DNA of 64,000 nt from an uncultured Nitrospirales bacterium (GTDB taxonomy: Bacteria > Hydrogenedentota > Hydrogenedentia > Hydrogenedentales > CAILVY01), in the NCBI GenBank assembly GCA_964474205.1, contig CAYYRW010000005.1, forward strand, positions 154,161 through 218,160, in the 5' to 3' direction. A program made the position numbers and the translations under genes. The notes under the pieces are model-generated. The model was not told where the DNA came from, searched no databases, and was given only the letters and a program-made list of their open reading frames with translations. The stretch's first letter is position 1. Each line of letters begins with the position of its first letter. Below are positions 9,445 to 18,646 of the stretch, one piece after another.

Positions 9445-9855
9445 ATGAAAGCCGCCGTGACCGTTTGGGAAGGCAGAATATCGCCGGTACTCGATACCGC
9501 GCGTTCCTTGGTGGTGGCGGATATTGAAGCCGGCGGATGGACCTCCCAACACGAAGAAATCTTTCCGGACGATGCGCCTCAGGAGAAAGTCTCACGGCTT
9601 TGTGCACTGGGTGTGGAAGTTCTGGTGTGCGGGGCGGTATCGCGTCCCTTGGCGGAGCTGATTTCTTCGTCTGGTATTCGATTGGTACCGTTTGTCTCCG
9701 GCGGACTTGACGAGATTTTAACGGCGTTGGCGGATGAACGTTTGCCTGACCCGGCGTTTTCGATGCCGGGATGTGGATGCCGTCAGGGACACCGCTTCCG
9801 TGGCCGCCACCGCATGTGTTCCTCGCGCCGGCCAAGTGTAAGACGCAGTTTATAA
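9445..9855 (+). CDS. NifB/NifX-family (IPR003731) Fe-Mo cofactor-binding-like protein
   Basis: RISPVLDTA..., GVEVLVCGAVS, Cys/Arg-rich tail GCGCRQGHRFRGRHR; start 9445 with AAAGGAAAG upstream. Confidence 0.8.
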   Translation: MKAAVTVWEGRISPVLDTARSLVVADIEAGGWTSQHEEIFPDDAPQEKVSRLCALGVEVLVCGAVSRPLAELISSSGIRLVPFVSGGLDEILTALADERLPDPAFSMPGCGCRQGHRFRGRHRMCSSRRPSVRRSL

Positions 9856-9875
9856 GCCGTGATGGAGAGAAAATA

Positions 9876-10193
9876 ATGTTTGGATTCGGACAAAAAAAAG
9901 GAAGTGCCGGAATGGGTTCCGGCGGTGGCCAAGGTCAAGGCGGCGGTCAAGGTCAAGGCGGCGGCCGAGGTCAAGGCGGCGGCCGAGGTCAAGGCGGCGG
10001 TCAAGGTCAAGGCGGCGGCCGAGGGCAAGGCGGCGGTCAAGGTCAAGGCCGGGGCCGTCAAGGCGGCATCGCCGCAGGGCCTGTTGGAACGTGTTTGTGC
10101 CCGCAATGTGGGTATTCCCAACCTCATGAGCGTGGCGTGCCGTGCATACAGGTTGCCTGCCCGAAGTGTGGTGCATCTATGCGCCGAGGGTGA
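9876..10193 (+). CDS. Gly/Gln/Arg-repeat protein with C-terminal Cys-rich metal-binding module
   Basis: (GGG[Q/R]GQ)x7 followed by CLCPQCG..PHERGVPC....CPKCG; RBS GGAGAG. Confidence 0.7.
   Translation: MFGFGQKKGSAGMGSGGGQGQGGGQGQGGGRGQGGGRGQGGGQGQGGGRGQGGGQGQGRGRQGGIAAGPVGTCLCPQCGYSQPHERGVPCIQVACPKCGASMRRG
9921..10046 (+). repeat. 18-bp coding tandem repeat, 7 copies
   Basis: Unit GGCGGCGG(T/C)C(A/G)AGGTCAA encoding GGGQGQ or GGGRGQ. Confidence 0.9.
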
Positions 10194-10209
10194 ACCTTGA
10201 GTACAAACT

Positions 10210-11058
10210 ATGGAGAAAGAATCTGTGCCAGAAGCAAGTACTATTGAAAGGAAGAGCCTGAATTGGCGCGGTCTGACAAGTCTCGTCGTGACGCTGGCCT
10301 TTCTTATGCTTGCAACAACGGGAATTGTCCTGTATGTCTCGCCACAGGGGCGTGTGGCCAATTGGACTGGCTGGAACGTCTTGGGGCTTGGCAAGGAACA
10401 ATGGGCGGCCGTACATATGACCGCGAGTTTGCTCTTTATCACGGCCGCAGGTTTTCATGTCTACTTCAACTGGCAGGTGCTCATTCGTTACTTGGTGTTA
10501 AAACGAAAACTTCACCTTGCGCGTGAGTTGGCCGGTGCGGTGGTTGTGGTAGCGGTAGTGTTCACGGGCACGATTCTTGATGTTCCGCCCTTTAGCAGTA
10601 TCGTTGTCCTGAATGACGGTATCAAAGCCTATTGGGAAAGCAGGAGTTCCCAGGCGCCTTATCCTCATGCGGAGATATCGACACTAACGGATTTCAGCGA
10701 GCGGACCGGCATCTCCCTGACGGTTTTGCAAAAACGCCTTGCGGCGGCGGGGATTACGGTAAGCGACCCTGCGTCGCAGACGTTCGAAGCCTTGGCACAT
10801 GCCCACGGTCTTTCCCCCACAGACCTGTTTGCCAAAATCTCGGCGCGAAATACATCCAGAGGGCAAGGGTCCGGTTTGGGGCGGCAGACGATTCGGAGCC
10901 TATGCGAGAGGGACAGCCTTCCGTTGGAGAAGATTCTGGGCGTTTTGCAGCAGCAGGGATTTACTGCCAGTGCGGAATCAACCCTGAAGAATTTAGCAGA
11001 ACAGAAAGGCATGTCCCCGGCGGACGTCAGGGACTTGCTTGTTGAGACGAACAAATAG
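10210..11058 (+). CDS. DUF4405 membrane protein (cytochrome b-like His pair) with soluble C-terminal helical repeats
   Basis: TGIVLY..PQGRVA.W..W..LGLGKEQWAAVH...FHVYFNW. Confidence 0.75.
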   Translation: MEKESVPEASTIERKSLNWRGLTSLVVTLAFLMLATTGIVLYVSPQGRVANWTGWNVLGLGKEQWAAVHMTASLLFITAAGFHVYFNWQVLIRYLVLKRKLHLARELAGAVVVVAVVFTGTILDVPPFSSIVVLNDGIKAYWESRSSQAPYPHAEISTLTDFSERTGISLTVLQKRLAAAGITVSDPASQTFEALAHAHGLSPTDLFAKISARNTSRGQGSGLGRQTIRSLCERDSLPLEKILGVLQQQGFTASAESTLKNLAEQKGMSPADVRDLLVETNK

Positions 11059-11094
11059 AGAGCGGGTATGACCCGCACCAAAAGGAGATACAAA

Positions 11095-11460
11095 ATGCCA
11101 GCAAGAGATGGAACAGGACCGCAAGGCGCGGGACCAATGACAGGGCGCGGCGCGGGGCGTTGCGCTGGGATTACTATGCCGGCAAGCGCCAATATGATCG
11201 CGGGAAGACGTTTTTGTGGCCGCGGATTTGGATTTGGCGGAGGCGGAGGCGGCCGCGGGCGCCGCAATTGGTTTAACGCCACGGGATTGCCCGTGTGGAT
11301 GCGATTCGGCTGGAACGCACAGGCAACACCCGCAGTGCCGTTCGGCGAGACCGAACAGACCGTGTTACAACGTCAAGCGGAGATGCTTCAACAGCAGCTC
11401 GACGCGATCAAAATGCGGCTTGACGTGTTGGCGGCTAATGCGGACGCCGTGAAGCGATAA
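11095..11460 (+). CDS. DUF5320-family Gly/Arg-rich protein with coiled-coil tail
   Basis: MPARDGTGPQGAGPMTGRGAGRC, GRGFGFGGGGGGRGRRNWF, coiled coil LQRQAEMLQQQLDAIKMRL; RBS AAGGAG. Confidence 0.85.
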   Translation: MPARDGTGPQGAGPMTGRGAGRCAGITMPASANMIAGRRFCGRGFGFGGGGGGRGRRNWFNATGLPVWMRFGWNAQATPAVPFGETEQTVLQRQAEMLQQQLDAIKMRLDVLAANADAVKR

Positions 11461-11562
11461 TCAACCAGTCTCACAAATAAGACAGGTTTCTTCTTCCGCC
11501 CCCCTGCGGCGCGGCACACGCTTCCATCAGACGGAGCGTGCGTAGAAGCAAAAGGTTAAACA

Positions 11563-12987
11563 ATGGTACAGTCGGCGAAAAGCAATCTCAGTCGATATGC
11601 CGTGGATTTCATTGACGATGCGCACTTGGGCAATGTATTGAAATGCGCATCGAACGATCCCGTGCGTATCCGTGAGGTCATTGCCAAAAGTCTCTCCAAG
11701 GAACCGCTGCAGATTGAGGAAACCGCAGCGCTATTGGCAGCGGACGCCCCGGATATTGTCGAGGAAATATTCGAAGGGGCACGCGAACTTAAGAAACGCG
11801 TTTATGGCAACCGGATTGTTCTGTTCGCGCCGCTCTATATCGGAAACGACTGTATCAACGACTGCCGTTACTGCGCCTTTCGCCGTTCCAACACGGGCGC
11901 TGTGCGTCGTACGCTGAGCACCCAGGAACTGGAAGATCAACTCCGGGCCCTGGAGAACAAAGGACACAAGCGGCTCATTCTTGTTTTTGGCGAGCACCCG
12001 AAGTACAACGCCGATTTTATCGCGGACTGTGTGCGGACGGCCTACCGTTTCAAGGTTGGACACGGAGAAATCCGGCGGGTTAACATCAACGCGGCGCCAC
12101 TCGATCTCGAAGGGTATCGGAAACTGAAGGACGCTGGGATTGGCACGTATCAGATTTTCCAGGAGACCTATCACCACGAGACGTATGCCCGGATGCATCC
12201 GGGAGGAACGCGCAAGGGGGACTACCTCTGGCGGCTTGATGGGCTTTCACGCGCCTTTGAAGCGGGTTGTGATGATGTGGGTCTTGGAGCGCTCTTCGGC
12301 CTCTATGACTGGAAGTTTGAGGTCTTGGGGCTGGTGAGTCATGCCTTGCATCTTCAGCGGACGTATGGGGTCGGATGTCATACAATCAGCTTCCCGAGGC
12401 TGCGTCCGGCGCATGGCGTGGACATGGAATGGCCGCACCTGGTCAGCGATCACGATTTCAAACGACTGGTTGCCATTCTGCGTTTGTCCGTTCCATACAC
12501 CGGCTTGATCCTGACCGCGCGAGAGCAGCCTGAGTTGCGGCGCGCGGTAATGGCCTTCGGGGTGTCGCAGATCGATGCCGGAAGCCGGGTCGAGTTGGGT
12601 GGATACACGGAACTAGGCGATGCCCAAGTCATGGAACGCGAGCAGTTTTCGTTGGGCGATATCCGTTCTCTGGATGAAGTCATGCGCGAACTGCTGGAGG
12701 ATGGGTACATCCCCAGTTTCTGCACCGCATGTTATCGGTTGGGACGCACCGGCGAACATTTTATGGAATTCGCCATACCCGGGTTTATCCAGAACTTCTG
12801 CACACCGAACGCCCTGACAACCCTAACGGAGTATCTTGTCGACTACGCCACGCCGGAGACCCGTGCGGCGGGAGAACGCGCGATCTCGCGCGAACTCGGG
12901 AGACTTCCCGATTCGCCCAAAAAGGAAGAGATTCTGAGACGTTTGCGTTGTATTGAGGAGACAGAACAACGTGATCTTTATTTCTAA
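11563..12987 (+). CDS. hydG: [FeFe]-hydrogenase H-cluster radical SAM maturase HydG
   Basis: FAPLYIGNDCINDCRYC (CX3CX2C), YQIFQETY, HTISFPR (dangler-Fe His position), C-terminal CTAC-X22-C auxiliary cluster motif that ThiH lacks. Confidence 0.9.
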   Translation: MVQSAKSNLSRYAVDFIDDAHLGNVLKCASNDPVRIREVIAKSLSKEPLQIEETAALLAADAPDIVEEIFEGARELKKRVYGNRIVLFAPLYIGNDCINDCRYCAFRRSNTGAVRRTLSTQELEDQLRALENKGHKRLILVFGEHPKYNADFIADCVRTAYRFKVGHGEIRRVNINAAPLDLEGYRKLKDAGIGTYQIFQETYHHETYARMHPGGTRKGDYLWRLDGLSRAFEAGCDDVGLGALFGLYDWKFEVLGLVSHALHLQRTYGVGCHTISFPRLRPAHGVDMEWPHLVSDHDFKRLVAILRLSVPYTGLILTAREQPELRRAVMAFGVSQIDAGSRVELGGYTELGDAQVMEREQFSLGDIRSLDEVMRELLEDGYIPSFCTACYRLGRTGEHFMEFAIPGFIQNFCTPNALTTLTEYLVDYATPETRAAGERAISRELGRLPDSPKKEEILRRLRCIEETEQRDLYF

Positions 12988-13025
12988 ACGTAGCCGCCCT
13001 GCCACTGTTTGTTGGAGGACTGACC

Positions 13026-13406
13026 ATGCGTAAGACCATCGCCATCGTGGGCGCATCGGCGGACCGCGCCAAGTACGGCAATAAGGCCGTGCGCGCATTT
13101 CTTCAGGGCGGGTGGACCGTGTATCCTGTGAATCCTGCCGTTTCGGAGGTGGAAGGCGTGAAAGCGTATGCCTCGGTATCGGACATACCGGACGGCATTG
13201 ATCGCGTTTCCATGTATGTGCCCCCCGCCATTGGCCGGAAAATGCTTCCGGCCATTGCGGAAAAATCGCCGGCAGAGTTCTTCCTGAATCCAGGCGCGGA
13301 AAATCCTGAACTGCTGCGGGACGCCGAAGCGCTCGGCCTTCGACCGATTCAGGCGTGCAGCATTGTGAATATCGGATTGCGTCCGGATATGTTTCCGGAC
13401 GAGTAG
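13026..13406 (+). CDS. CoA-binding domain protein (YccU-like)
   Basis: IAIVGASADRAKYGNKAV, VYPVNP, LNPG, ACSIV. Confidence 0.85.
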   Translation: MRKTIAIVGASADRAKYGNKAVRAFLQGGWTVYPVNPAVSEVEGVKAYASVSDIPDGIDRVSMYVPPAIGRKMLPAIAEKSPAEFFLNPGAENPELLRDAEALGLRPIQACSIVNIGLRPDMFPDE

Positions 13407-13464
13407 TATGGTGAAATGAACCATAGCGCAATGGGGATATTATCCCTGATGAAAGGACACGATA

Positions 13465-14145
13465 ATGGAACAGCAGGCTGAACGGATGCCGCTAATTGGC
13501 GAAAAAGCGCCCTCGTTTAAGGCAGAGACCACACAGGGAGAAATCAATTTCCCGGATTGTTACAAAGGGAAGTGGGTGGTCTTTTTCTCTCATCCGGCGG
13601 ATTTCACGCCGGTATGCACCACGGAATTCATGACCTTCGCCTCGATGGCACAAGAATTCAAAAAACTGAATTGTGAACTCCTGGGTCTGTCCATTGACAG
13701 CACCTACAGTCACATCGCGTGGCTGCGCACCATCAAAGAGAAAATTACGTACAAGGGCATGAAGGGGATCGAGGTCATGTTTCCCGTCATCAGCGACCTG
13801 ACAATGGAAGTTTCCCGGAAATTCGGGATGCTGCAGCCCGGCGCAAGCAACACGCAAGCTGTCCGCGCGGTTTTCATCATAGACCCGAAAGGGATCGTCC
13901 GGGCGTTGTTCTACTACCCGCTTAGCAATGGCCGCAATATGGAAGAGGTCAAGCGATTATTGATCGCCATGCAACATTCCGATAAATATAACGTCGCCAC
14001 GCCTGCCAACTGGCAACTTGGCGATGATGTAATCGTCCCGCCGCCTGGATCCTGCGGAACGGCCAAAGAGCGCATGAACAAGCCCGCCCCCGGCACCAAA
14101 GTGCTGGATTGGTTCATGGTTTTGAAGAAGTGTCCGCACAAATAA
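13465..14145 (+). CDS. Peroxiredoxin, Prx6 subfamily
   Basis: FFSHPADFTPVCTTE, GLSIDS..SHIAW, GRNMEEVKR, TPANW. Confidence 0.92.
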   Translation: MEQQAERMPLIGEKAPSFKAETTQGEINFPDCYKGKWVVFFSHPADFTPVCTTEFMTFASMAQEFKKLNCELLGLSIDSTYSHIAWLRTIKEKITYKGMKGIEVMFPVISDLTMEVSRKFGMLQPGASNTQAVRAVFIIDPKGIVRALFYYPLSNGRNMEEVKRLLIAMQHSDKYNVATPANWQLGDDVIVPPPGSCGTAKERMNKPAPGTKVLDWFMVLKKCPHK

Positions 14146-14184
14146 TCCCAAATGTCCGCAGAGACAAAGTGAGGAAATTGCAAA

Positions 14185-14331
14185 ATGAAGCTGGGCATTG
14201 ACATAACGAAGACGGGTCCGGAGACTGTTTTCAATGTACTTCGCCTGGCCCTGCATAGTCTTGAACAAAATGAGGAGGTGTGTATATTTCTTTCGGGCAA
14301 AGGCGTGAAATTGGATCAGGTGAAGGCATAA
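14185..14331 (+). pseudogene. Truncated DsrE-family protein (48 aa)
   Basis: Hand translation MKLGIDITKTGPETVFNVLRLALHSLEQNEEVCIFLSGKGVKLDQVKA*; RBS GAGG; resembles only the N-terminal half of DsrE-like proteins; below the ORF-track cutoff. Confidence 0.6.
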
Positions 14332-14364
14332 CGTTTTGCGATAATACGCAGGTTTGGAGGAAAA

Positions 14365-14727
14365 ATGAAAATTGTTGTTTCAGCGTCAGGCCAATCATTG
14401 GACGCGCAGGTGGACCCCCGTTTCGGCAGGGCGGCCTATTTTATCGCCGTGGATGACGAAACCGGAGCATTTCAGGCGCATGACAATGTGCAGAACCTGA
14501 ATGCGGCACAAGGCGCGGGCATTCAGTCCGCCGAAACCGTGTCCCGCATCGGGGGAGACGTTGTCATCACGGGACATTGCGGCCCGAAAGCCTTTACGGC
14601 GCTTTCCGCGGCGGGGATTAAGGTGGTGGTGGGAGCGCAAGGCACCGTGGCCGAAGCGATTGCGGCGTTCAAATCAGGCGCGCTCGTTCCGGCGGACGAC
14701 GCCAATGTTGAAGGGCACTGGGTGTGA
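14365..14727 (+). CDS. NifB/NifX-family protein
   Basis: VDPRFGRAAYF, NAAQGAGIQSA, VITGHCGPKAF, ANVEGHW; RBS GGAGG. Confidence 0.9.
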   Translation: MKIVVSASGQSLDAQVDPRFGRAAYFIAVDDETGAFQAHDNVQNLNAAQGAGIQSAETVSRIGGDVVITGHCGPKAFTALSAAGIKVVVGAQGTVAEAIAAFKSGALVPADDANVEGHWV

Positions 14728-15752
14728 GGGAGGATCGCTCCTTCATCGGCGCCCCGATTGGCGTTATTCACACCCAACATAGGGTCCCGGAAGAAACGCC
14801 TATCCAGCCGGCGTTCGCCATGAATTGTCCCGGCTGGCTTGAGGTTTTGCCTGAATATGCCGAGGGTCTGAAGAATCTTGAAGGATTTTCCCACATTGTG
14901 TTGCTTTATTATTTCCATCAGACCGGCCCTCCCCGGTTGACTGTGCGGCCATTTGTTGATGATACGCCCAGAGGTGTTTTTTCCACACGGCACCCACAAC
15001 GTCCCAATCCGATCGGTCTTTCTGTGGTGCGCCTGACGCGCATGGAAGGAACCCGTCTTTATATGGAGGGAATGGATATTTTGGATGGAACACCGTTGCT
15101 AGACATCAAGCCGTATATCCCAAAGTTTGACTGCCCGGAAAATGTGCGAGACGGTTGGTTTGGCGGGGTGGATGAAAAGACGGTGCAGCGGCGGGGCCGC
15201 AGGATGCGAAAAAAGCCCCAAGGGTGGCTGTCATTTTCTTTGATGTCCCTGGCGTTTTATTTCCGGGACCTGCTTCATCCGCCCGTAAAGATACTCCAGG
15301 AAGCAGGCTTGGCATCAGGTGCAACGGTGCTGGATTTTGGCTGCGGCCCCGGTGCGTTTTCTGTGGCGGCCGCCGGGATAGTGGGGCCAGGCGGCAAAGT
15401 TTTCGCCGTGGATGTCAATCCATTGGCGTTGGCCGCTGTCCATCGGACGGTGGAGAAAAAACAATTATGTAATGTCACCCTTTTATCACCAGCAGACCTC
15501 CTCGATATTCCGGAGGGCACTGTGGATATGGTCATCATGTATGATGTTCTCCACGATGTGCCCGATCCGCCGGCGGTGCTTGCATCGTTTTATCGATTGT
15601 TAAAGCCGGAAGGTCTTCTTACCGTCAGCGATCATCACATGATCAAAACAGCGATTTTTTCTGCTATTCAATCAAACGGCTTGTTTGAATTTTCCAACAA
15701 ATGGCATGGCCAAACAGGTTATTACTGCTTCAGGAGAGCCGCGCATGGCTGA
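14724..15752 (+). CDS. TrmO/TsaA-like domain fused to a class I SAM methyltransferase
   Basis: PIGVIHT, GLKNLEGFSHI, RGVFSTRHPQRPNPIGLS, DGTPLLDIKPY; then VLDFGCGPG, VFAVD, DVLHD. Confidence 0.8.
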   Translation: MREDRSFIGAPIGVIHTQHRVPEETPIQPAFAMNCPGWLEVLPEYAEGLKNLEGFSHIVLLYYFHQTGPPRLTVRPFVDDTPRGVFSTRHPQRPNPIGLSVVRLTRMEGTRLYMEGMDILDGTPLLDIKPYIPKFDCPENVRDGWFGGVDEKTVQRRGRRMRKKPQGWLSFSLMSLAFYFRDLLHPPVKILQEAGLASGATVLDFGCGPGAFSVAAAGIVGPGGKVFAVDVNPLALAAVHRTVEKKQLCNVTLLSPADLLDIPEGTVDMVIMYDVLHDVPDPPAVLASFYRLLKPEGLLTVSDHHMIKTAIFSAIQSNGLFEFSNKWHGQTGYYCFRRAAHG

Positions 15753-16620
15753 ACGAAGAATTATCGCAATAGCATCGGGCAAAGGCGGCACTGGGAAGAC
15801 CACGGTGGCCGTCAACCTGGCCTCCGTCATGGAGGGGATGGTCACCTACGCGGATTGCGACGTGGAGGAACCCAACGGGCATATCTTCTTGAAGCCCGCC
15901 CTGAACACCGGCAAGGCCGTTGGAATCCCTGTTCCCGTCGTGGATTCGGACAAGTGCACGGGCTGCGGAAGTTGCGCACAGGCATGCCGGTTCAACGCCA
16001 TCGCCTGTGTGCGAGAGAAGGTGCTGGTGTTCGCGGAGTTATGTCATGGGTGCGGGGGATGCGTCTTCGCCTGCCCTTCAAAGGCGATATCAGAAAAAGA
16101 GCATGGCATCGGAGTCGTGGAATCCGGCTATTCCAACCATCTTTCCTTTGTTCAAGGGCGGTTGCGTGTGGGCGCGGCAATGTCCCCGCCGCTGATCCGC
16201 GCGGTCATGGAATCCCTTCCCTCCGGCGGCAATGTGATTTTGGACGCGCCGCCGGGCACGTCCTGTCCCGTGATAGCGGCCATCAAGGGCAGTGATTATG
16301 TTGTATTGGTGACCGAGCCCACTCCCTTTGGCCTGCACGATCTGAAACTGGCCGTGGAAACCGTGCGGCAACTGGGCCTTCCCTTCGGGGTGGTGGTGAA
16401 CCGGTGTGATATTGGCGATGACCGGGTGGGGGACTATTGCCGGGAAGAGGCTATTCCCATACTCGTGGAAATTCCCGATGACCGGCGCATCGCCGAGGCT
16501 TATTCGCGCGGGGAGGTGGCGGTGGACGCCGTCCCCGGACTGCGCGGGGTATTCATGCAACTGGACCAGCGGATTCGCGAGTGCACAACAACGCTTAATG
16601 CGTTAAAAGGCGGCGCATGA
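15745..16620 (+). CDS. MinD-superfamily P-loop ATPase with inserted ferredoxin (COG1149-like)
   Basis: IASGKGGTGKTT, DCDVEEPN, two CxxCxxCxxxC motifs, DAPPGTSCP, VTEPTPFGLHD. Confidence 0.9.
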   Translation: MAERRIIAIASGKGGTGKTTVAVNLASVMEGMVTYADCDVEEPNGHIFLKPALNTGKAVGIPVPVVDSDKCTGCGSCAQACRFNAIACVREKVLVFAELCHGCGGCVFACPSKAISEKEHGIGVVESGYSNHLSFVQGRLRVGAAMSPPLIRAVMESLPSGGNVILDAPPGTSCPVIAAIKGSDYVVLVTEPTPFGLHDLKLAVETVRQLGLPFGVVVNRCDIGDDRVGDYCREEAIPILVEIPDDRRIAEAYSRGEVAVDAVPGLRGVFMQLDQRIRECTTTLNALKGGA

Positions 16621-17597
16621 TGATGCAGACGGTTCCACCCGGACGACGCTATACGCATATCTTCGGCCCCGTCCTTTCACGCCGTTTGGGAAGATCCCTC
16701 GGCGTTGACATTATGCCGTTCAAAACCTGCACCTATGATTGCCTCTATTGTGAACAGGGCCGGACCACCAACCACACGGCCCGCCGGGCCGTATATGTAT
16801 CCTGTGCGGAGGTGCTTGATGAATTGAAGCATTTTTTGTCGTCCATGCCCGAACCCGATTACATCACCTTGTCCGGCGCGGGGGAACCCACGCTTCATGC
16901 GGAACTCGGCGATCTTGTTCAGGGAATCAAGGCGATGACCGGCGTTCCCCTGGCCGTAATCACAAACGGCTCTTTGTTGTGGGACGTGAAGGTCCGGGAT
17001 GGACTGAAAAGGGCCGATGTGGTATTGCCGTCGCTGGACGCCGGCAATGCCCGGCTGTTCACCCGGATCAACCGCCCCGTTCCGGACATATCCTTCGATC
17101 AGATGCTTGGCGGCTTGATGGCATTTCGGGAGTCATTTCCCAATGAGATGTGGCTCGAGGTGATGCTTATGGACGGTATCACTTCCGGGGATTCGGAAGT
17201 CCGGGAAATCGCCGAACAGGTCCGGCGTTTTCGGCCCAATCGAATTCAGTTAAACACGGTGGTGCGTCCACCCGCGGAGCCCTCTGCTCGGCCAATTCCG
17301 AGAGCACGGCTCGAATCGCTCGCGGCCTTCTTTGAACCGCGTGCGGAGCCCATTGCGGACTATGCCGGCGCCATCCAGGAAATGAATGATTTCCCCGATG
17401 CGGATCGCCTGTTGAAACTCCTGGAACGGCGGCCCTGTTCGCTCATGCAGATTGCCGCCACACTGGGCCTGCGGCCGGTCGAAACGTCAAAGATTATTGA
17501 ACACCTTGCGGGGCAGAACAAGATTGTTCAGGAATGCTTTGGTAATTGCCTGTTTTTTTCAGCGGCGCATAAGGCCAATGAGGAAGAAAGTAGATGA
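16617..17597 (+). CDS. Radical SAM protein (COG0731-like)
   Basis: FGPVLSRRLGRSLGVD, CTYDCLYC, ITLSGAGEPTL, VITNGSLL, PSLDA. Confidence 0.88.
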   Translation: MMMQTVPPGRRYTHIFGPVLSRRLGRSLGVDIMPFKTCTYDCLYCEQGRTTNHTARRAVYVSCAEVLDELKHFLSSMPEPDYITLSGAGEPTLHAELGDLVQGIKAMTGVPLAVITNGSLLWDVKVRDGLKRADVVLPSLDAGNARLFTRINRPVPDISFDQMLGGLMAFRESFPNEMWLEVMLMDGITSGDSEVREIAEQVRRFRPNRIQLNTVVRPPAEPSARPIPRARLESLAAFFEPRAEPIADYAGAIQEMNDFPDADRLLKLLERRPCSLMQIAATLGLRPVETSKIIEHLAGQNKIVQECFGNCLFFSAAHKANEEESR

Positions 17598-18610
17598 AAG
17601 AACTCGTTGTGATTAGTGGCAAAGGTGGAACGGGCAAGACCAGTGTCGTTGCGGCTTTTGCGTCGCTGGCGGAACACAAGGTGCTGGCGGATTGCGATGT
17701 GGATGCGGCGGATCTTCATTTGATCCTTCAACCGGAAAACCGATCCATCCATGAATTTCGCAGTGGAAACGAGGCCATCATTCGCCCGGAGGTCTGCATC
17801 GGCTGCGGCGCGTGTCTGGTGCATTGCCGCTTTGGGGCGGTGAAACAGACTTCCGGCGTGGATGTCGAGTGGATGCTGCGCGCCTCCGCGCATGACTGCG
17901 GCGATTGTGATTTTTGCGTGCGTTCCTGCCCCAACCGCTCCGTTGACATGCTCCATGCAATACAGGAAAGCCTGGGTGCGGAAGCCAAGGCCGCCTTTGT
18001 TATTGATCCGCTTGCCTGTGAAGGGTGTGGCGTATGCGTGGATGCCTGCCCCGCAAAAGCGATAGATTTCCCGGAACGGCGTGCCGGGGAATGGTACATT
18101 TCGGACACGCGGCACGGTCCCATGGTGCATGCACGGCTGGGCATCGCCGCGGAAAATTCGGGGAAACTGGTGAGCCTTGTGCGACAGCAGGCTCGTCAGC
18201 TTGCCGTGGAACAGGGCAATGATTTGATATTGATTGACGGCCCCCCCGGAATAGGATGCCCGGTCATCGCCAGCATCACGGGCGCCTCGCTGGTGCTTAT
18301 TATCACGGAACCCACCCTCAGCGGCCAGCACGACTTTCAGCGCGTGGCCGAACTGGCGCGGCACTTCAACATTCCGGCGATGGTTTGTGTTAACAAGTGG
18401 AATCTGAATCCCGAAATGACGGAAGCCATTGAGGCGTCCGCGGAAGCCCTCGGCGTGAAATCCCTGGGAAGAATACGGTATGATCGATCCATCACCGAGG
18501 CACAAGTGGCGGGAAAAAACGTGTTGGAATATTCCGAAAAGGGCGCCAGTGAGGATATCCGTGGCCTTTGGGCGCGTCTGGATTCGTTTTTATCCGCCCG
18601 TGAAAATTGA
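17594..18610 (+). CDS. Second COG1149-like MinD/ferredoxin ATPase with three 4Fe-4S motifs
   Basis: SGKGGTGKTS, DCDVDAADL, CIGCGACLVHC, CGDCDFCVRSCP, CEGCGVCVDACP, GKLV, DGPPGIGCP. Confidence 0.9.
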   Translation: MKELVVISGKGGTGKTSVVAAFASLAEHKVLADCDVDAADLHLILQPENRSIHEFRSGNEAIIRPEVCIGCGACLVHCRFGAVKQTSGVDVEWMLRASAHDCGDCDFCVRSCPNRSVDMLHAIQESLGAEAKAAFVIDPLACEGCGVCVDACPAKAIDFPERRAGEWYISDTRHGPMVHARLGIAAENSGKLVSLVRQQARQLAVEQGNDLILIDGPPGIGCPVIASITGASLVLIITEPTLSGQHDFQRVAELARHFNIPAMVCVNKWNLNPEMTEAIEASAEALGVKSLGRIRYDRSITEAQVAGKNVLEYSEKGASEDIRGLWARLDSFLSAREN

Positions 18611-18646
18611 AATGGAAACAACAACGAACACGAGGAGAAACATCGT

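Noticed and set aside
9921-10046. Tandem repeat as CRISPR or iteron array
   Set aside because: No spacers; in-frame coding repeat; no cas or rep genes
9880-10200. Histone H1-like AAKVK-repeat ORF
   Set aside because: Alternative frame of the 18-bp Gly repeat; the 9876 frame has an RBS and a recognisable Cys module
11514-11541. Hairpin or sigma-54 site before hydG
   Set aside because: Short bulged stem without a U-tract; GGCAC is not followed by a correctly spaced TTGC/TTGT
11563-12987. ThiH (thiazole synthesis) call
   Set aside because: C-terminal CX2CX22C and the dangler His indicate HydG; no thi genes nearby
14329-14364. Sec/Pyl read-through or frameshift rescuing the DsrE remnant
   Set aside because: Stop is TAA, and only 33 nt remain before the next gene, too little for the missing half
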